Of a stretch of DNA of 64,000 bases, positions 41,316 to 51,803 are shown one piece after another. The position numbers and the translations under genes were made by a program. The notes under the pieces were generated by a model that made no database searches, was not told the origin of the DNA, and worked only from the letters and a program-made list of their open reading frames with translations. The stretch covers positions 1 to 64,000 of the forward strand of contig CAZUBM010000008.1 in the NCBI GenBank assembly GCA_964618805.1, read 5' to 3'. This DNA comes from an uncultured Nitrososphaerota archaeon (GTDB lineage: Archaea; Korarchaeota; Korarchaeia; Korarchaeales; Korarchaeaceae). How positions within the stretch are numbered: position 1 is the stretch's first letter; each line of letters opens with the position of its first letter.

Positions 41316-43490
41316 TTATCCAACCAAGCTATCTATCGTTTTTAGTGCTCTTCCCTCTCCTTTGAAGAATTTGGTCATAAATTCGTATAGGGTAAGCCTA
41401 GTAGCTTGAATAAATGCCGCCATACCCTCCAAGCCCATGGCGAGCAGGTTCATTGATGCAGATGCTATGATGAATGTCGGCAGACTTCCGCCCTCTCCAA
41501 CAATAGATTTGACAATTATGCCAAACGCTGCGTGAGAAATAGCAAAACCAGCTAACCTCAAATATGAGAGGGTGTTTGCAAGCAAACCAATGGTTCCTTC
41601 GAGAGCTGCCTCAAAAGCTTCCATGATCCCTTCAAACATTCCATGTCCCTTTAGCTTAGGCTCAATCATCATAACTAGCATGGTTATTCCGAGCAGGCAA
41701 GCCACGCCCATCATGAGGGGATCTTTTAAAGCCGACATTACATCTCCCCCTGTCCTATAGACTGCATAGGCTGCCAAGTCATACATACCTACTGTGAGCA
41801 ATCCACCATGGTGAAATATTGCATCCAAATACTTTCCTTCCCCGAGTTTACTGACTATATTGGCAGTAAACGCTATATTTAGATGGATAAGGCCGAAGAT
41901 TATTGCTACAAGGAGAATCCTGATGGGCTCATGTATCGGTGAGAAGAGAATCGGATGGTAAACCTCTTTCAGAAAGGCTTCTCCGTATAGAAGACCGAAG
42001 AACATCGAACATATTCCCATAGGCACCAGTATGCTTCCAAGGTCTCTAAGAGTTCCCTTCTTCCTTCGTAGGAAAAGTCCAAATAAGAGCACAGCAAGAC
42101 CATGACCAATGTCCCCAAACATAATTCCAAACACTATAGGGAACAGAAGAGAGACCAAGGGCGTTGGGTCTAGCTGTTTGGCCTTAGGATATCCGACCAT
42201 TTTATGCGTTAGGAGTCTGAATGGGGCAAATATCCTTGGAAGGTGTATGTAAGATGGGCCCTTCTTATCTTCTTCTAATCTAAGCTCCATTAGAGGTCCC
42301 AATCTAGAACTCATATGCTGTTTGAATTCCTCTTCCAAAGAGGTCGGAATCCATCCAGAGACCGCGATGACCCTCTCTCCCTCATAGATGCATTCTAATA
42401 TCTTTGAGTTTAGAAGAAATCGCTTTATCCCTAGCATAGCTGCCGCAATGTTTTGTCCCAGCCTGAGGATGTCTTGCTTGAGTCGCTCTATCTCAGTAGC
42501 TCTTCTTTCAAACAGATCTTCAAACATAGATATCTCTGCCTCAAGATTTCTTTTCCGCTCTATCAGAGGTTTAGCCTTCTTAGCGTATTCTGGTAGCACT
42601 TTCTCGAGAGAAAAGCCCTCAGAAAGCAAAACTGACGTTGAAAGAACCGAATTTCCTATGTCTGCTATCTCGCCCCTGAACTCGTCTAAGAACCTTAGGA
42701 GATCCTGACAAGTCTTTATAATTTCGTCATGAAAGGTCAGCTGGATCTCCTCAGCCTCTTTCTCTTGATTTGATAGCTGGTTCGTTAGTGATTCTAGTTC
42801 ATGTATTCCCTCCTTCAGTCTCTCGAACTTTTTTGATATCCTGTTTCTAATATCTTCCGGCAGAGAAAACCAGTTCTCCTCCATTTTAGACAGCAAGTCG
42901 GTCAGTTCGTACACGGTTGATGTCTTATCTTTAATTTTTGAGGGATTTTGTGCAATTTCCTTAATTGTTTTCTCCATTGAATCTATGTTCTCCTCTAAAA
43001 AGCTTAGAACTTCAAATATCCTTGCATGTTGTTCTTCAATCCTAAGACTGGCTCTCACCTTTGGTTCAAGGGAGGAAAGTATCTCTTCTTCTAACCAGGC
43101 AAGTTTATTGTTAACCTCCTCTAGCTCCTTTCTCCTTTTTTCAATCAACTTAGGATCCGATAGATTTCTGAGTAAAGCTATTTTTTCATCAACTTCTTTT
43201 AGCAACTTCTCGGCATCTTCTGGAGTGATATAGAGAGCCCCTTCCACATCTTCTGTTTTAATCTTCTTACCTACGATCTCTTCTATTTCTTCTAGCTTGA
43301 GTTTGAGCTTCAAAAGTACTTTCGTATAAAATTCATCTAGTTCTGTAGTTTCTCTCAGTGGTTTGAGTTCCGGACCCTTCATCTCCGTCAGTTCTACCTC
43401 GTTAAAATCTAGAAGCGCATCTACTAGCCTATCTCTGTTCCACTTAGCTGTATAGAGATAGAAACGCTTAGTTGGAACTGCTCTGAACAT
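41316..43490 (-). CDS. atpI: A/V-type ATP synthase subunit I (a)
   Basis: GWIP, DPTP, FGIMFGDIGHG, NTLSYLRL, RLTLYEFMTKFFKGEG. Confidence 0.92.
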   Translation of the reverse strand: MFRAVPTKRFYLYTAKWNRDRLVDALLDFNEVELTEMKGPELKPLRETTELDEFYTKVLLKLKLKLEEIEEIVGKKIKTEDVEGALYITPEDAEKLLKEVDEKIALLRNLSDPKLIEKRRKELEEVNNKLAWLEEEILSSLEPKVRASLRIEEQHARIFEVLSFLEENIDSMEKTIKEIAQNPSKIKDKTSTVYELTDLLSKMEENWFSLPEDIRNRISKKFERLKEGIHELESLTNQLSNQEKEAEEIQLTFHDEIIKTCQDLLRFLDEFRGEIADIGNSVLSTSVLLSEGFSLEKVLPEYAKKAKPLIERKRNLEAEISMFEDLFERRATEIERLKQDILRLGQNIAAAMLGIKRFLLNSKILECIYEGERVIAVSGWIPTSLEEEFKQHMSSRLGPLMELRLEEDKKGPSYIHLPRIFAPFRLLTHKMVGYPKAKQLDPTPLVSLLFPIVFGIMFGDIGHGLAVLLFGLFLRRKKGTLRDLGSILVPMGICSMFFGLLYGEAFLKEVYHPILFSPIHEPIRILLVAIIFGLIHLNIAFTANIVSKLGEGKYLDAIFHHGGLLTVGMYDLAAYAVYRTGGDVMSALKDPLMMGVACLLGITMLVMMIEPKLKGHGMFEGIMEAFEAALEGTIGLLANTLSYLRLAGFAISHAAFGIIVKSIVGEGGSLPTFIIASASMNLLAMGLEGMAAFIQATRLTLYEFMTKFFKGEGRALKTIDSLVG

Positions 43491-43570
43491 CCATTCACCT
43501 CCTAAAGCATTACTATGTCCACTACGTCAGCGATACATGGTAGCTTATAACTTTAATATCAAGTCTGATC

Positions 43571-44953
43571 GTGGAGCGGGAAATGCTACCGAGGCTACTC
43601 TTTTTTGTTGGCACCAGACCTGAGATTATAAAGGCTGCTCCCCTTTTTCACACTCTTAGGAAGAGTTCTAGCGTCCAAGTGGATCTGGTGCACACCGGAC
43701 AGCACTACGATTGGAGTATGAGCGGGGTTTTTATTGAGGAATTGGGATTGCCTACACCCTTATATCATCTAGGAGTGGGTTCTGGCTCTCAACCATATCA
43801 AATCTACAAGATAATTGAAAAAACCGAGGAAGTCGTTGGAACCTATCTTCCAGATGCTATCTTAGCAGTGGGAGATACAAACTCAACGGTTGCAGTAGCT
43901 ATATTGGCATCTAAGATGGACATCCCCTTCATACACATAGAGGCAGGTCTAAGAAGCTTTGATCTCACTATGCCGGAAGAGATAAACAGAAGAATTGCTG
44001 ATCATGTAGCATGTCTAAACTTTGCTCCCACGGAGCGGGCGGCATCTAATCTGTTAAATGAAGGATACTTCCCAGAAAGGACATTTGTAACAGGCAATAC
44101 GGTAGTTGACGCGTTGCTTAAGATGCTACCAAAGGCTAGAGAGGAGTCAAGAATCTTGAAAAAAATAAAGATAGATCCATCTAAGTTTTTGCTAACTGTT
44201 ACCGTTCATAGGAGAGAGAATGCTGACAATCCAGAGAGGCTTGAATCAATAGTAGATGCGCTCATAGAGTTGAATGAGGTCCAAATTGTTTGGCCTCTTC
44301 ATCCTAGGACAAAGGAGAACATGGAAAAAATGGGTCTTTTGAAGCGCTTATATGCAGCGAAGCACATAAAGTTAACTGATCCACTCTCCTATTTGGATTT
44401 CTTGAAACTCTTGGATAGCTCTACCGTCGTAGCGACAGATTCTGGAGGAGTTCAAGAAGAAGCAGCAACCCTTAAGATCCCATGTGTTGTATTAAGAGAC
44501 AGCACAGAAAGACCTGAGATAATTGATGAAGGAATTGGTGTAATGGCTGGCGCTGATTCTCTCAAAATTGTGAGATGCGTCAGAGATTTCTTGTACAACG
44601 AGGCCCTTATAGCGAAGGTTAAGAGTTCTTCAAATCCATTTGGGGATGGGACAGCTTCCATCAAAATATCTGAGATTCTACTCAGCTGGATAGAGGAGCA
44701 AAAAATAGCGATATCACCCCCAAAGTTCGATTCTGGAGCTCCAATTTATGCATCATTCTTAGTGAACAAGGAGCTATCTGGTCATACAGTAAAAGAGGTG
44801 GAAGGGGGATTTGTAAAGATTATATCAATTTACGGAGAAGATGGGAGCTTCATTAGACCTAATCCAAACTTAACTCTAGAGAATCGCCAAATCATTAGGG
44901 TTTTAGGGGAAAGACCGTCAATAAATGAGTTTAAGGAATTTTGGGGGCTCTAA
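43571..44953 (+). CDS. wecB: Non-hydrolysing UDP-N-acetylglucosamine 2-epimerase with C-terminal TrkA-C (RCK_C)-like extension
   Basis: GTRPEIIK, HTGQHYD, GDT, HIEAGLRS, PEEINR, HRREN, TDSGGVQEEA, TERPE, NPFGDG; extra about 80 aa (ELSGHTVKEV..IISIY..IRPNPNLTL..IIRVLG). Confidence 0.88.
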   Translation: MEREMLPRLLFFVGTRPEIIKAAPLFHTLRKSSSVQVDLVHTGQHYDWSMSGVFIEELGLPTPLYHLGVGSGSQPYQIYKIIEKTEEVVGTYLPDAILAVGDTNSTVAVAILASKMDIPFIHIEAGLRSFDLTMPEEINRRIADHVACLNFAPTERAASNLLNEGYFPERTFVTGNTVVDALLKMLPKAREESRILKKIKIDPSKFLLTVTVHRRENADNPERLESIVDALIELNEVQIVWPLHPRTKENMEKMGLLKRLYAAKHIKLTDPLSYLDFLKLLDSSTVVATDSGGVQEEAATLKIPCVVLRDSTERPEIIDEGIGVMAGADSLKIVRCVRDFLYNEALIAKVKSSSNPFGDGTASIKISEILLSWIEEQKIAISPPKFDSGAPIYASFLVNKELSGHTVKEVEGGFVKIISIYGEDGSFIRPNPNLTLENRQIIRVLGERPSINEFKEFWGL

Positions 44954-45303
44954 TCTAATTGGATCGTCTTGATCCCTAAAGCCCTTCACCACTAACAAGC
45001 GACATTAATTGAATGATCATTTGCTAATCTATTTCTCTAGATCTTGCTAAAAACCAAGTTATTATAGCCCTCATTGCCTTCATTAAAACGATTTTATGTC
45101 ATTATGCCCTGATTTGCTTCATGTTTTGAGGAACTAAGGAAGATGCTACCTCTCTTTGCTTTTTCTATTGAATGGAATAGATTAGATGAGCTTAGAGAAA
45201 GAGTATTAGAGTTTATAAATGGAAATGGGTTTAAGGTTAAGACGGTAGTTTCCTGCAGCTAGGAGATTACTAAGAACAAAAACAAAGATAGAGGTGGTTT
45301 CTT

Positions 45304-46923
45304 ATGTCGGAAGGAGCAAAGATCCCAGTTCTTATACTCAAAGAAGGCACGAGTAGGACGAGAGGGCGTGAAGCCCTCAGATTAAATATTTCGGTGGCAA
45401 AAGCCATAGCTGATGCTGTAAGAACGGCTCTTGGGCCTAAAGGAATGCAAAAGATGCTTGTAGATCCGTTTGGCGATGTAATAATCACTCATGACGGCGC
45501 AACAATAATGAAGGAGATGGAAGTCGAGCATCCAATTGCTAAGATGATGGTGGATTTGGCAAAGACCCAAGATCAGGAGACCGGTGATGGAACTACTACT
45601 GTAGTGATACTGGGCGGTGAACTTCTCTCTAAAGCAGAAGAACTCACTGATATGGGTATCCATCCAACAATAGTGATCTCTGGTTACAGAAAGGCACAAA
45701 AGAAAGCTCAGGAAATACTTAAAGACATATCAATTGATGTACCTTGGAACGATGAGAAAATCCTGAAGCAGGTTGCTGAAATAGCGATGGGATCAAAAGC
45801 GGTATCTTCAGCTAAAGCTCACCTATCTGACTTAGCAGTTAAGGCCTGTTTAGCTGTAGTAGAGGAGAGAGATGGGAAGAGAATTGCAGACATCGATAAT
45901 ATAAAGCTCGAGAAGAAGGAAGGCGGGTCCATATTTGATACCCAGCTAATACAGGGAATAGTCATCGACAAAGAAGTAGTCCATCCTGCAATGCCAAAGA
46001 CCGTAGCTGACGCAAAAATAGCATTAGTTTCCAGAGCTTTAGAGGTTAAGAAGCCTGAAATAAGCTCCAAGATAAGAATAGTTTCTCCATCGCAGATCAA
46101 GGAATTCTTAGAACAAGAGAAAGCCATGATCAGGGATCTAATAGAAAAGATAGCAGCTACCGGAGCTAATGTGGTGTTCTGCCAGAAAGGAATAGATGAC
46201 ATAGCACAGCACTTCTTAGCTAAGAAGGGAATCCTTGCGGTGAGGAGGGTTAGAAAATCTGACATGGAGAAGTTAGCTAGGGCTACTGGTGCAAAGATCG
46301 TTGTCAATTTGGAAGACATGTCAGAGAAGGACTTAGGTCATGCAGAACTCGTAGAGGAGCGCCGAGTTGGAGAGGATAAAATGGTATTCGTTGAGGGATG
46401 CAAGAACCCGAAAGCAGTCTCCATACTAATAAGGGGAGGATCCAAACAAATTGTTGACGAAACAGAACGTGCCTTACACGATGCTCTTTGCGTGATAAGA
46501 GATGTCATCGAGGATGGAAAAATAGTAGTTGGTGGAGGAGCTGTAGAACTAGAACTGGCACTTCGCCTAAAGGAGTATGCAAATACCCTAAGCGGAAAGG
46601 AGCAAGCAGCAGTGCAGAAATTCGCTGAGGCCCTTGAAGTCATACCTAAAACACTGGTAGAAAACTCTGGAATGGACACAGTGGTTAAGATGGCTGAGTT
46701 AACAAGGCAGCATGCCCTAGGGAATATCAATCAAGGATTTGACATTTTCACCGGAGAAATCGTAGATATGAAGGAAAAGAACATAATTGAGCCATTAAGA
46801 GTAGTAAGCCATGCAGTAAAGTCGGCCGCAGAATTTGCAGAGACTATTCTGAAGATAGATGACATAATTGCTGCTGCTGGGAAGACAGAATTTCCAAAGA
46901 AGGGAGCGGGAGAAGTATCGTGA
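45304..46923 (+). CDS. ths: Thermosome (group II chaperonin) subunit
   Basis: [36 protein letters not shown]; GAGGTGG SD upstream. Confidence 0.95.
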   Translation: MSEGAKIPVLILKEGTSRTRGREALRLNISVAKAIADAVRTALGPKGMQKMLVDPFGDVIITHDGATIMKEMEVEHPIAKMMVDLAKTQDQETGDGTTTVVILGGELLSKAEELTDMGIHPTIVISGYRKAQKKAQEILKDISIDVPWNDEKILKQVAEIAMGSKAVSSAKAHLSDLAVKACLAVVEERDGKRIADIDNIKLEKKEGGSIFDTQLIQGIVIDKEVVHPAMPKTVADAKIALVSRALEVKKPEISSKIRIVSPSQIKEFLEQEKAMIRDLIEKIAATGANVVFCQKGIDDIAQHFLAKKGILAVRRVRKSDMEKLARATGAKIVVNLEDMSEKDLGHAELVEERRVGEDKMVFVEGCKNPKAVSILIRGGSKQIVDETERALHDALCVIRDVIEDGKIVVGGGAVELELALRLKEYANTLSGKEQAAVQKFAEALEVIPKTLVENSGMDTVVKMAELTRQHALGNINQGFDIFTGEIVDMKEKNIIEPLRVVSHAVKSAAEFAETILKIDDIIAAAGKTEFPKKGAGEVS

Positions 46924-47180
46924 ATAAAGAAGAAATAATTGGCCCCAAAAAATTGACTCGTTATGAGAAAACGAGAATAATAGCCCTTAGAGCCCAACAA
47001 ATTGCCGCTGGCTCCCCTCTCTTTCTTAAAGATGAAGAAATACCAGAAGGAGAAGTAAACCCTATCAGGCTAGCAGAACTAGAGCTTAAACTAGGACGCT
47101 TACCGCTTCTAATAGAAAGAAAGAAGATAACCGGAGAATCTCAACTCATTCCTCTCAATGAACTCATTGAGGAGGAGTAA
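46920..47180 (+). CDS. rpoK: DNA-directed RNA polymerase subunit K (Rpo6)
   Basis: LTRYEKTRIIALRAQQI, PIRLAELEL, LPLLIER. Confidence 0.92.
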   Translation: MNKEEIIGPKKLTRYEKTRIIALRAQQIAAGSPLFLKDEEIPEGEVNPIRLAELELKLGRLPLLIERKKITGESQLIPLNELIEEE

Positions 47181-47264
47181 TGTTTAATAGGTCGCGAAGT
47201 TTTTCTCCTCTTACCCATCCTCATGGGTATCATAACTCCATAGTAAGTCAGGAAGGCGAGAAAT

Positions 47265-47549
47265 ATGTCAAGCGAGGAAGTGGGAATCGTATATGTTGGT
47301 AGAAAACCTGCAATAAACTATGTTATGGCTACAACCCTCCAAATCAATAGAGGAGTGAAGAAAATAATCCTAAAAGCGCGGGGAAGAGCTATTTCTAGAG
47401 CTGTTGATGTAGCCGAAATCGCAAGACTCAAGTATTTCCCAGGTAAACTCAAAATCACCGACATCAGGACAGGAACAGACGAGCTAATAGAAGAGGACGG
47501 AAGCAGAAGGGACATTAGCGTTATCGAAATAGAGCTAACGACTGTCTAA
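47265..47549 (+). CDS. albA: DNA/RNA-binding protein Alba
   Basis: VGRKPAINYV, KARGRAISRAVDVAE, ISVIEI. Confidence 0.93.
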   Translation: MSSEEVGIVYVGRKPAINYVMATTLQINRGVKKIILKARGRAISRAVDVAEIARLKYFPGKLKITDIRTGTDELIEEDGSRRDISVIEIELTTV

Positions 47550-47573
47550 GGGCGAATGGAGGATAGCCTTTGA

Positions 47574-47602
47574 GGGGATCATCCCCCAATTTTTCTCTTT
47601 TT
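47574..47602 (+). terminator. Putative hairpin plus oligo-T terminator after albA
   Basis: GGGGA-TCA-TCCCC followed by tttttctctttttt. Confidence 0.45.
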
Positions 47603-47621
47603 TGAAGTGTAAGGAATTTAG

Positions 47622-49247
47622 ATGGTCCCGCAATTTTGGGTTGATGCGATATCGAAAGCTGTCTTAGAAAGAGAGAATAGACTAAAAAGAGGCTTTCAGG
47701 TAATTAGGGTTGAGTGTGGAATTGGAGCAAGCGGATTTCCTCACATAGGATCTGTAGGTGATGCTATTCGGGCATTTGGAGTAAAATTAGGGCTAGATGC
47801 ATTAGGAGCAAAAAGTGAACTTATCGCTTATAGCGATGATAGAGATGGTTTGAGGAAGATCCCAATCGGAGTTCCCAGAGACTATGAGAAATACCTCGGT
47901 ATGCCTGTAACCGATATCCCTGATCCATGGAAGTGCCATTCCAGTTACGGAGAGCATATGAGCCAATTGCTCCTTGAGGCGCTTGAAATGCTTGAACTAG
48001 AATTTACCTTCATCTCAGGAACACAAGCATACAAATCTGGGCTTCTAGATGAATCAATAGATATTCTCCTACGAAATCACGAGAAAGTGGATCAGATAAT
48101 AAGGGAGGAAGTTGGTTCCAGCAAGCCAGTAGGTTGGATATATTACTGGCCAGTATGCGAAAGATGTGGTAGAATTTATACAACGAGAGTCACAGAAGTT
48201 CTTCCAGAAGAGGGAAAGGTCCTCTATGTCTGTGACCAAGAGTTTAAGGGGATTAAGGGATGCGGGTATCGCGGCGAAGCTAGCTATAGAAAGGGAACTG
48301 GAAAATTAGCATGGATGGGGGGAGAATTTGCAGCTAGATGGGCTGCGCTAGGTATATCCTTTGAGCCCCACGGTAAGGATATTACAGATTCTTTCAGAGT
48401 TAATGCTAGGATCTGTAAGGAGATACTAAATTTCGATCCTCCTCTCACAATAGTTTATGAAATGTTCTTGGATAGAACCGGATCAAAGATCTCCAAGTCA
48501 AAGGGTAATGTGATAACACCACAACAATGGCTGAGATATTCTCCTGCAGAGGTACTTAGGATGGTGATGTTCAAACGGTATAAGGGTACAAGAGCAATTT
48601 CGCTTGAGATGATTCCAATGTATATCAATGAGCTTGAAGAGAAACTTGCTCAATATCACAACTTAGATAACATAAAGGATCCTAGGAAGAGAATTAATGT
48701 AAAACGTTTAGTTGAATACTCTTACCTTCTAAGAGAAGTTCCAGAACCTAGGGAATACAGATTTGGGACGGTAATAAATGTAATCTCGCTTCTTCCTTAC
48801 AAAGAGATGGATGAACAATCCCTACTAAAGTTAGTTTCAGATATAGTCGGAAAGTACTATGAACTCTCACCAGAGGAACTGAACAAAGATAGTTGGTTCG
48901 CTCAACTATTTCGCTGTGCTCTAAACTATCTAAATGAAATAGTCCCATACATGCACGTAGAGGTACCAACAATAGACTCTCATACGTTGAAGGCCATAGA
49001 GAGATTCTTAGCCTCAATAGAGGAAGATATGAGTCCAGAGGAAATCCAGTCCTTAGCCTTTTCATCAGCGAGGGAATGCTCCGTACCTATCAGAAAGTTC
49101 TTCTCTGCAGTTTATTTGCTCCTTTTAGGGAGATCCTCAGGCCCAAAGCTTGGGCCTTTAATTCACAGGCTAGGAGTCAAGGCCTCAAAATTGTTAATAC
49201 TAAGTGCCATTGAAAAAATAAAGAGAGGTCATGGAGAAAGATCGTGA
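47622..49247 (+). CDS. lysS: Class I lysyl-tRNA synthetase
   Basis: SGFPHIGS, DDRDGLRK, PVCERCG, EPHGKD, KISKSKGN, SSGPKLG. Confidence 0.92.
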   Translation: MVPQFWVDAISKAVLERENRLKRGFQVIRVECGIGASGFPHIGSVGDAIRAFGVKLGLDALGAKSELIAYSDDRDGLRKIPIGVPRDYEKYLGMPVTDIPDPWKCHSSYGEHMSQLLLEALEMLELEFTFISGTQAYKSGLLDESIDILLRNHEKVDQIIREEVGSSKPVGWIYYWPVCERCGRIYTTRVTEVLPEEGKVLYVCDQEFKGIKGCGYRGEASYRKGTGKLAWMGGEFAARWAALGISFEPHGKDITDSFRVNARICKEILNFDPPLTIVYEMFLDRTGSKISKSKGNVITPQQWLRYSPAEVLRMVMFKRYKGTRAISLEMIPMYINELEEKLAQYHNLDNIKDPRKRINVKRLVEYSYLLREVPEPREYRFGTVINVISLLPYKEMDEQSLLKLVSDIVGKYYELSPEELNKDSWFAQLFRCALNYLNEIVPYMHVEVPTIDSHTLKAIERFLASIEEDMSPEEIQSLAFSSARECSVPIRKFFSAVYLLLLGRSSGPKLGPLIHRLGVKASKLLILSAIEKIKRGHGERS

Positions 49248-49740
49248 GAGAATTAAACGCTTATTAGAGATAAGAGAGAACATGAAAAAGAGCATTAGCA
49301 GCCTCAATAGTACTCTTCAAGAGCTTAGGGAGGTATTAGATAGATTAGAAGACCTTCTCTTGGAGGAATCTCTTGTCAGTGCGGATATGATGTTAGAGAA
49401 GCGCCCAATCAAGGAGATGGAGAGGAGAATAATTGAAGTGAGGCTTGGTGATGTTGAAGTCGGAAAAATATCTGTAAATCCTGCTACAAAGGCGCTAGTC
49501 TTCGAACCTTCGGAAAAAGTGTTTATTTCAGCAAAATCTGGTCCAATAGGGTCGTTCTTAAAGAGGAAGGTTATAAGGGAATTGCGTAAGGAGCAACCAA
49601 CCTTAAAATTCTCATTAGAAGAAGGAAGAGCTGGGGAAGTAAAAAGAATTGAAATTTCTAACATAAGAGAAGATCAAATAAATGATCTCATAGCAAAATT
49701 AATATGGTCGGTCAGGAAATCAGCCGAACTCGAGCGATGA
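49231..49740 (+). CDS. Hypothetical protein with N-terminal coiled coil
   Basis: Intact 169-aa ORF overlapping the lysS end, GAGG SD, charged coiled-coil N-terminus; family not recognised. Confidence 0.7.
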   Translation: MEKDRERIKRLLEIRENMKKSISSLNSTLQELREVLDRLEDLLLEESLVSADMMLEKRPIKEMERRIIEVRLGDVEVGKISVNPATKALVFEPSEKVFISAKSGPIGSFLKRKVIRELRKEQPTLKFSLEEGRAGEVKRIEISNIREDQINDLIAKLIWSVRKSAELER

Positions 49741-49744
49741 CCCT

Positions 49745-50365
49745 TTAATAACCTTCAAGCATCTCCTCAACAATTTCTCCGGTTGGAGTTCGCTCTTTAA
49801 ATATACGAGCAGAGAACCTGTATACATCAACATCTTCTCTAAGCCAACATCCTGGTTGCATACCTGCTTTAATACAGGTTTGATCCAGGAATTCTCTAGA
49901 GTTCCATTTATACTCCACAGCAACTTGAGGCAAGAGAAGCCCGCCAAACCAACCGGATCTTATCATTAACCCATGTTTTCCTACTATTACCTCTTCAGGT
50001 AGCTTTTGCCTAGAATCAACGATAATCTTTTCAAGCGGAGAGAGCACAGATACCTCAACAACAACAGAGCCTAATTCTCCAACACGCAAAGGAGGAAATC
50101 TTGGATCTTCTACAGCAGCAGCGATAGCTGCTTCGATTGTTGCCGTATAAAGGGGTAAAATTGGTTCAGGATAACCTATACATCCTCTCAGTTCCCCTCC
50201 AGGGTACTTATTTAGAGTTACAAAGACGCCAAAGTTACGTTTCAAAATCTCGTAGGGAGGTTCCACTTTAATCTTGCTTCCATCTAAAAGATAGGCTTCA
50301 ATCGCCCTTCTAGCCAGTCTAACAAGATAAGCGCCTTGTTCAATTCCTATATCATCGATCTTCAT
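49745..50365 (-). CDS. AMMECR1-domain protein (TIGR00296-like)
   Basis: GVFVTL, LRGCIG, EDPRF, GLLLPQV, CIKAG. Confidence 0.9.
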   Translation of the reverse strand: MKIDDIGIEQGAYLVRLARRAIEAYLLDGSKIKVEPPYEILKRNFGVFVTLNKYPGGELRGCIGYPEPILPLYTATIEAAIAAAVEDPRFPPLRVGELGSVVVEVSVLSPLEKIIVDSRQKLPEEVIVGKHGLMIRSGWFGGLLLPQVAVEYKWNSREFLDQTCIKAGMQPGCWLREDVDVYRFSARIFKERTPTGEIVEEMLEGY

Positions 50366-50394
50366 TGTCCATGGCCATCTCCCGTCTTAGATCT

Positions 50395-50988
50395 TTACTC
50401 CGCTTTGGCATACCCACGCTCTAATAATATATCCCTGAGCTTATAAACAGCTCTCTTGACATCTGCCTCTTTCTTGGCTCCTGTACATACCAGGCTGCCG
50501 GAAGCAAACACTAGGAACACAACCTTGGGGTTATCCATTCTGTAAATTAATCCAGGAAACTGTTCAGGTTCGTAAAGGGTGTTTGGCATTTCAAAAGCAA
50601 GCCTTTCAATGTCAACCTTGAGGAATAGCTTGGCTGACGCAACAATGTTTTCAGCCTTTATCAGGGGTTTTCCCTCTATCTTGATCCCATGTTGTTTCAT
50701 GAGTTCTATAGCTCTTTGAACGGCTATGGCACTCTCTTCTATGGACTTTGTTCCAGTGCACACAAACTTTCCGCTATTGAAAACTAATAAAGCAGCCTTT
50801 GGCTCTTTTAATTTGAGAACCAATCCAGGAAACTTATCGGGCTCATATCTAGATTCCTTTATTTTTGTAGCTATTTCATTCAGATCCAGCCTTTGTCTTA
50901 TGTCTGCAGAGGAAACAACGTTTTGTATCTTTATTTCTGGTCTTTTCCTGATTTCTGGATGTTCTTCATTCCCCAACTCCATTTGCAA
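50395..50988 (-). CDS. tbp: TATA-box binding protein
   Basis: Two repeats: IQNVVSS...YEPDKFPGLV...FNSGKFVCTG and ENIVAS...YEPEQFPGLIYR...FASGSLVCTG. Confidence 0.95.
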   Translation of the reverse strand: MQMELGNEEHPEIRKRPEIKIQNVVSSADIRQRLDLNEIATKIKESRYEPDKFPGLVLKLKEPKAALLVFNSGKFVCTGTKSIEESAIAVQRAIELMKQHGIKIEGKPLIKAENIVASAKLFLKVDIERLAFEMPNTLYEPEQFPGLIYRMDNPKVVFLVFASGSLVCTGAKKEADVKRAVYKLRDILLERGYAKAE

Positions 50989-51141
50989 GCCCTATGCTCC
51001 TAAGAAGGGGACTTTTTAAATACCTTGCTAAAGTCCTCTCTTTATGTCCTTTGGACTCTTGAGAAATTTAGCAAGTTCTTCTAAGCAATATCTCATTTAA
51101 GAGCAAGAAACTAGAAAAATAAAAGCTCCTTGTTTTGAAGA

Positions 51142-51660
51142 TTACTCCTCTTCCTTCTTAAGGAGGTCCTCTATGAGCATGTATCCGAGAATTCCTATCA
51201 ATGTAATGCGGACCCATTTGTTTTGGAGAAAAGTTAAGAACTCTCCAAGCTTAGGTATTGGAACTCTATACTTGACCTTCCCAACTATATCTTGTACCGT
51301 TCTATATCCAAGATCTATGTGAGAATTTGCATCTCCTTTCGTGTAAAATATAGGTGATCCTCCAGACCATTCTATTCTGATTATCCTGTGTACAACAGGT
51401 TTACTTGCCCAGGAAGCTTGAAATACGATGATGTCTCCCTCTTTTAATTCATAGGGATCGGCTTTTGTAACTATTAGAAGATCCCCTTTCTTTAGTGTAG
51501 GATACATGGAGTTAGAGGTGGGGACCGCAAGGGGATACTTTACTCCCAATAGGAAACGCAATCCGTAGTTTGCAATTATGAAAATGACTGCAAAAATTAC
51601 TATAACTTCTATAATCGACTTTACTATCTCCTTTTCTCTATTCAATGTGGAAGACCTCAC
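51142..51660 (-). CDS. Signal peptidase I (Sec11/S26B)
   Basis: SNSMYPTL..GD, VVHRI, TKGDAN, PKLG; N- and C-terminal TM helices. Confidence 0.9.
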   Translation of the reverse strand: MRSSTLNREKEIVKSIIEVIVIFAVIFIIANYGLRFLLGVKYPLAVPTSNSMYPTLKKGDLLIVTKADPYELKEGDIIVFQASWASKPVVHRIIRIEWSGGSPIFYTKGDANSHIDLGYRTVQDIVGKVKYRVPIPKLGEFLTFLQNKWVRITLIGILGYMLIEDLLKKEEE

Positions 51661-51803
51661 TTGGCTTTCACATGTCTGGGAATAGCTCCTGACCTAACTT
51701 TCTTTAGTATTCTATATCCACATTTTGGGCATCTAAAGTCCTTGAAGTATTCCTCCATCTCTTCCTTATGGAAAGTATTTCCACACCTCATACAAACGTA
51801 CAC
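51657..51803 (-). CDS. rpoP: DNA-directed RNA polymerase subunit P (Rpo12); missing from the ORF track (48 aa)
   Basis: GTG start; MYVCMRCGNTFHKEEMEEYFKDFRCPKCGYRILKKVRSGAIPRHVKAK* zinc ribbon; abuts aIF1 and overlaps the signal peptidase start by GTGA. Confidence 0.88.
   Translation of the reverse strand: MYVCMRCGNTFHKEEMEEYFKDFRCPKCGYRILKKVRSGAIPRHVKAK

Noticed and set aside
49231-49740. Possible arcadin partner for crenactin
   Set aside because: About 35 kb from crenactin and no motif I can match with confidence; left as hypothetical.
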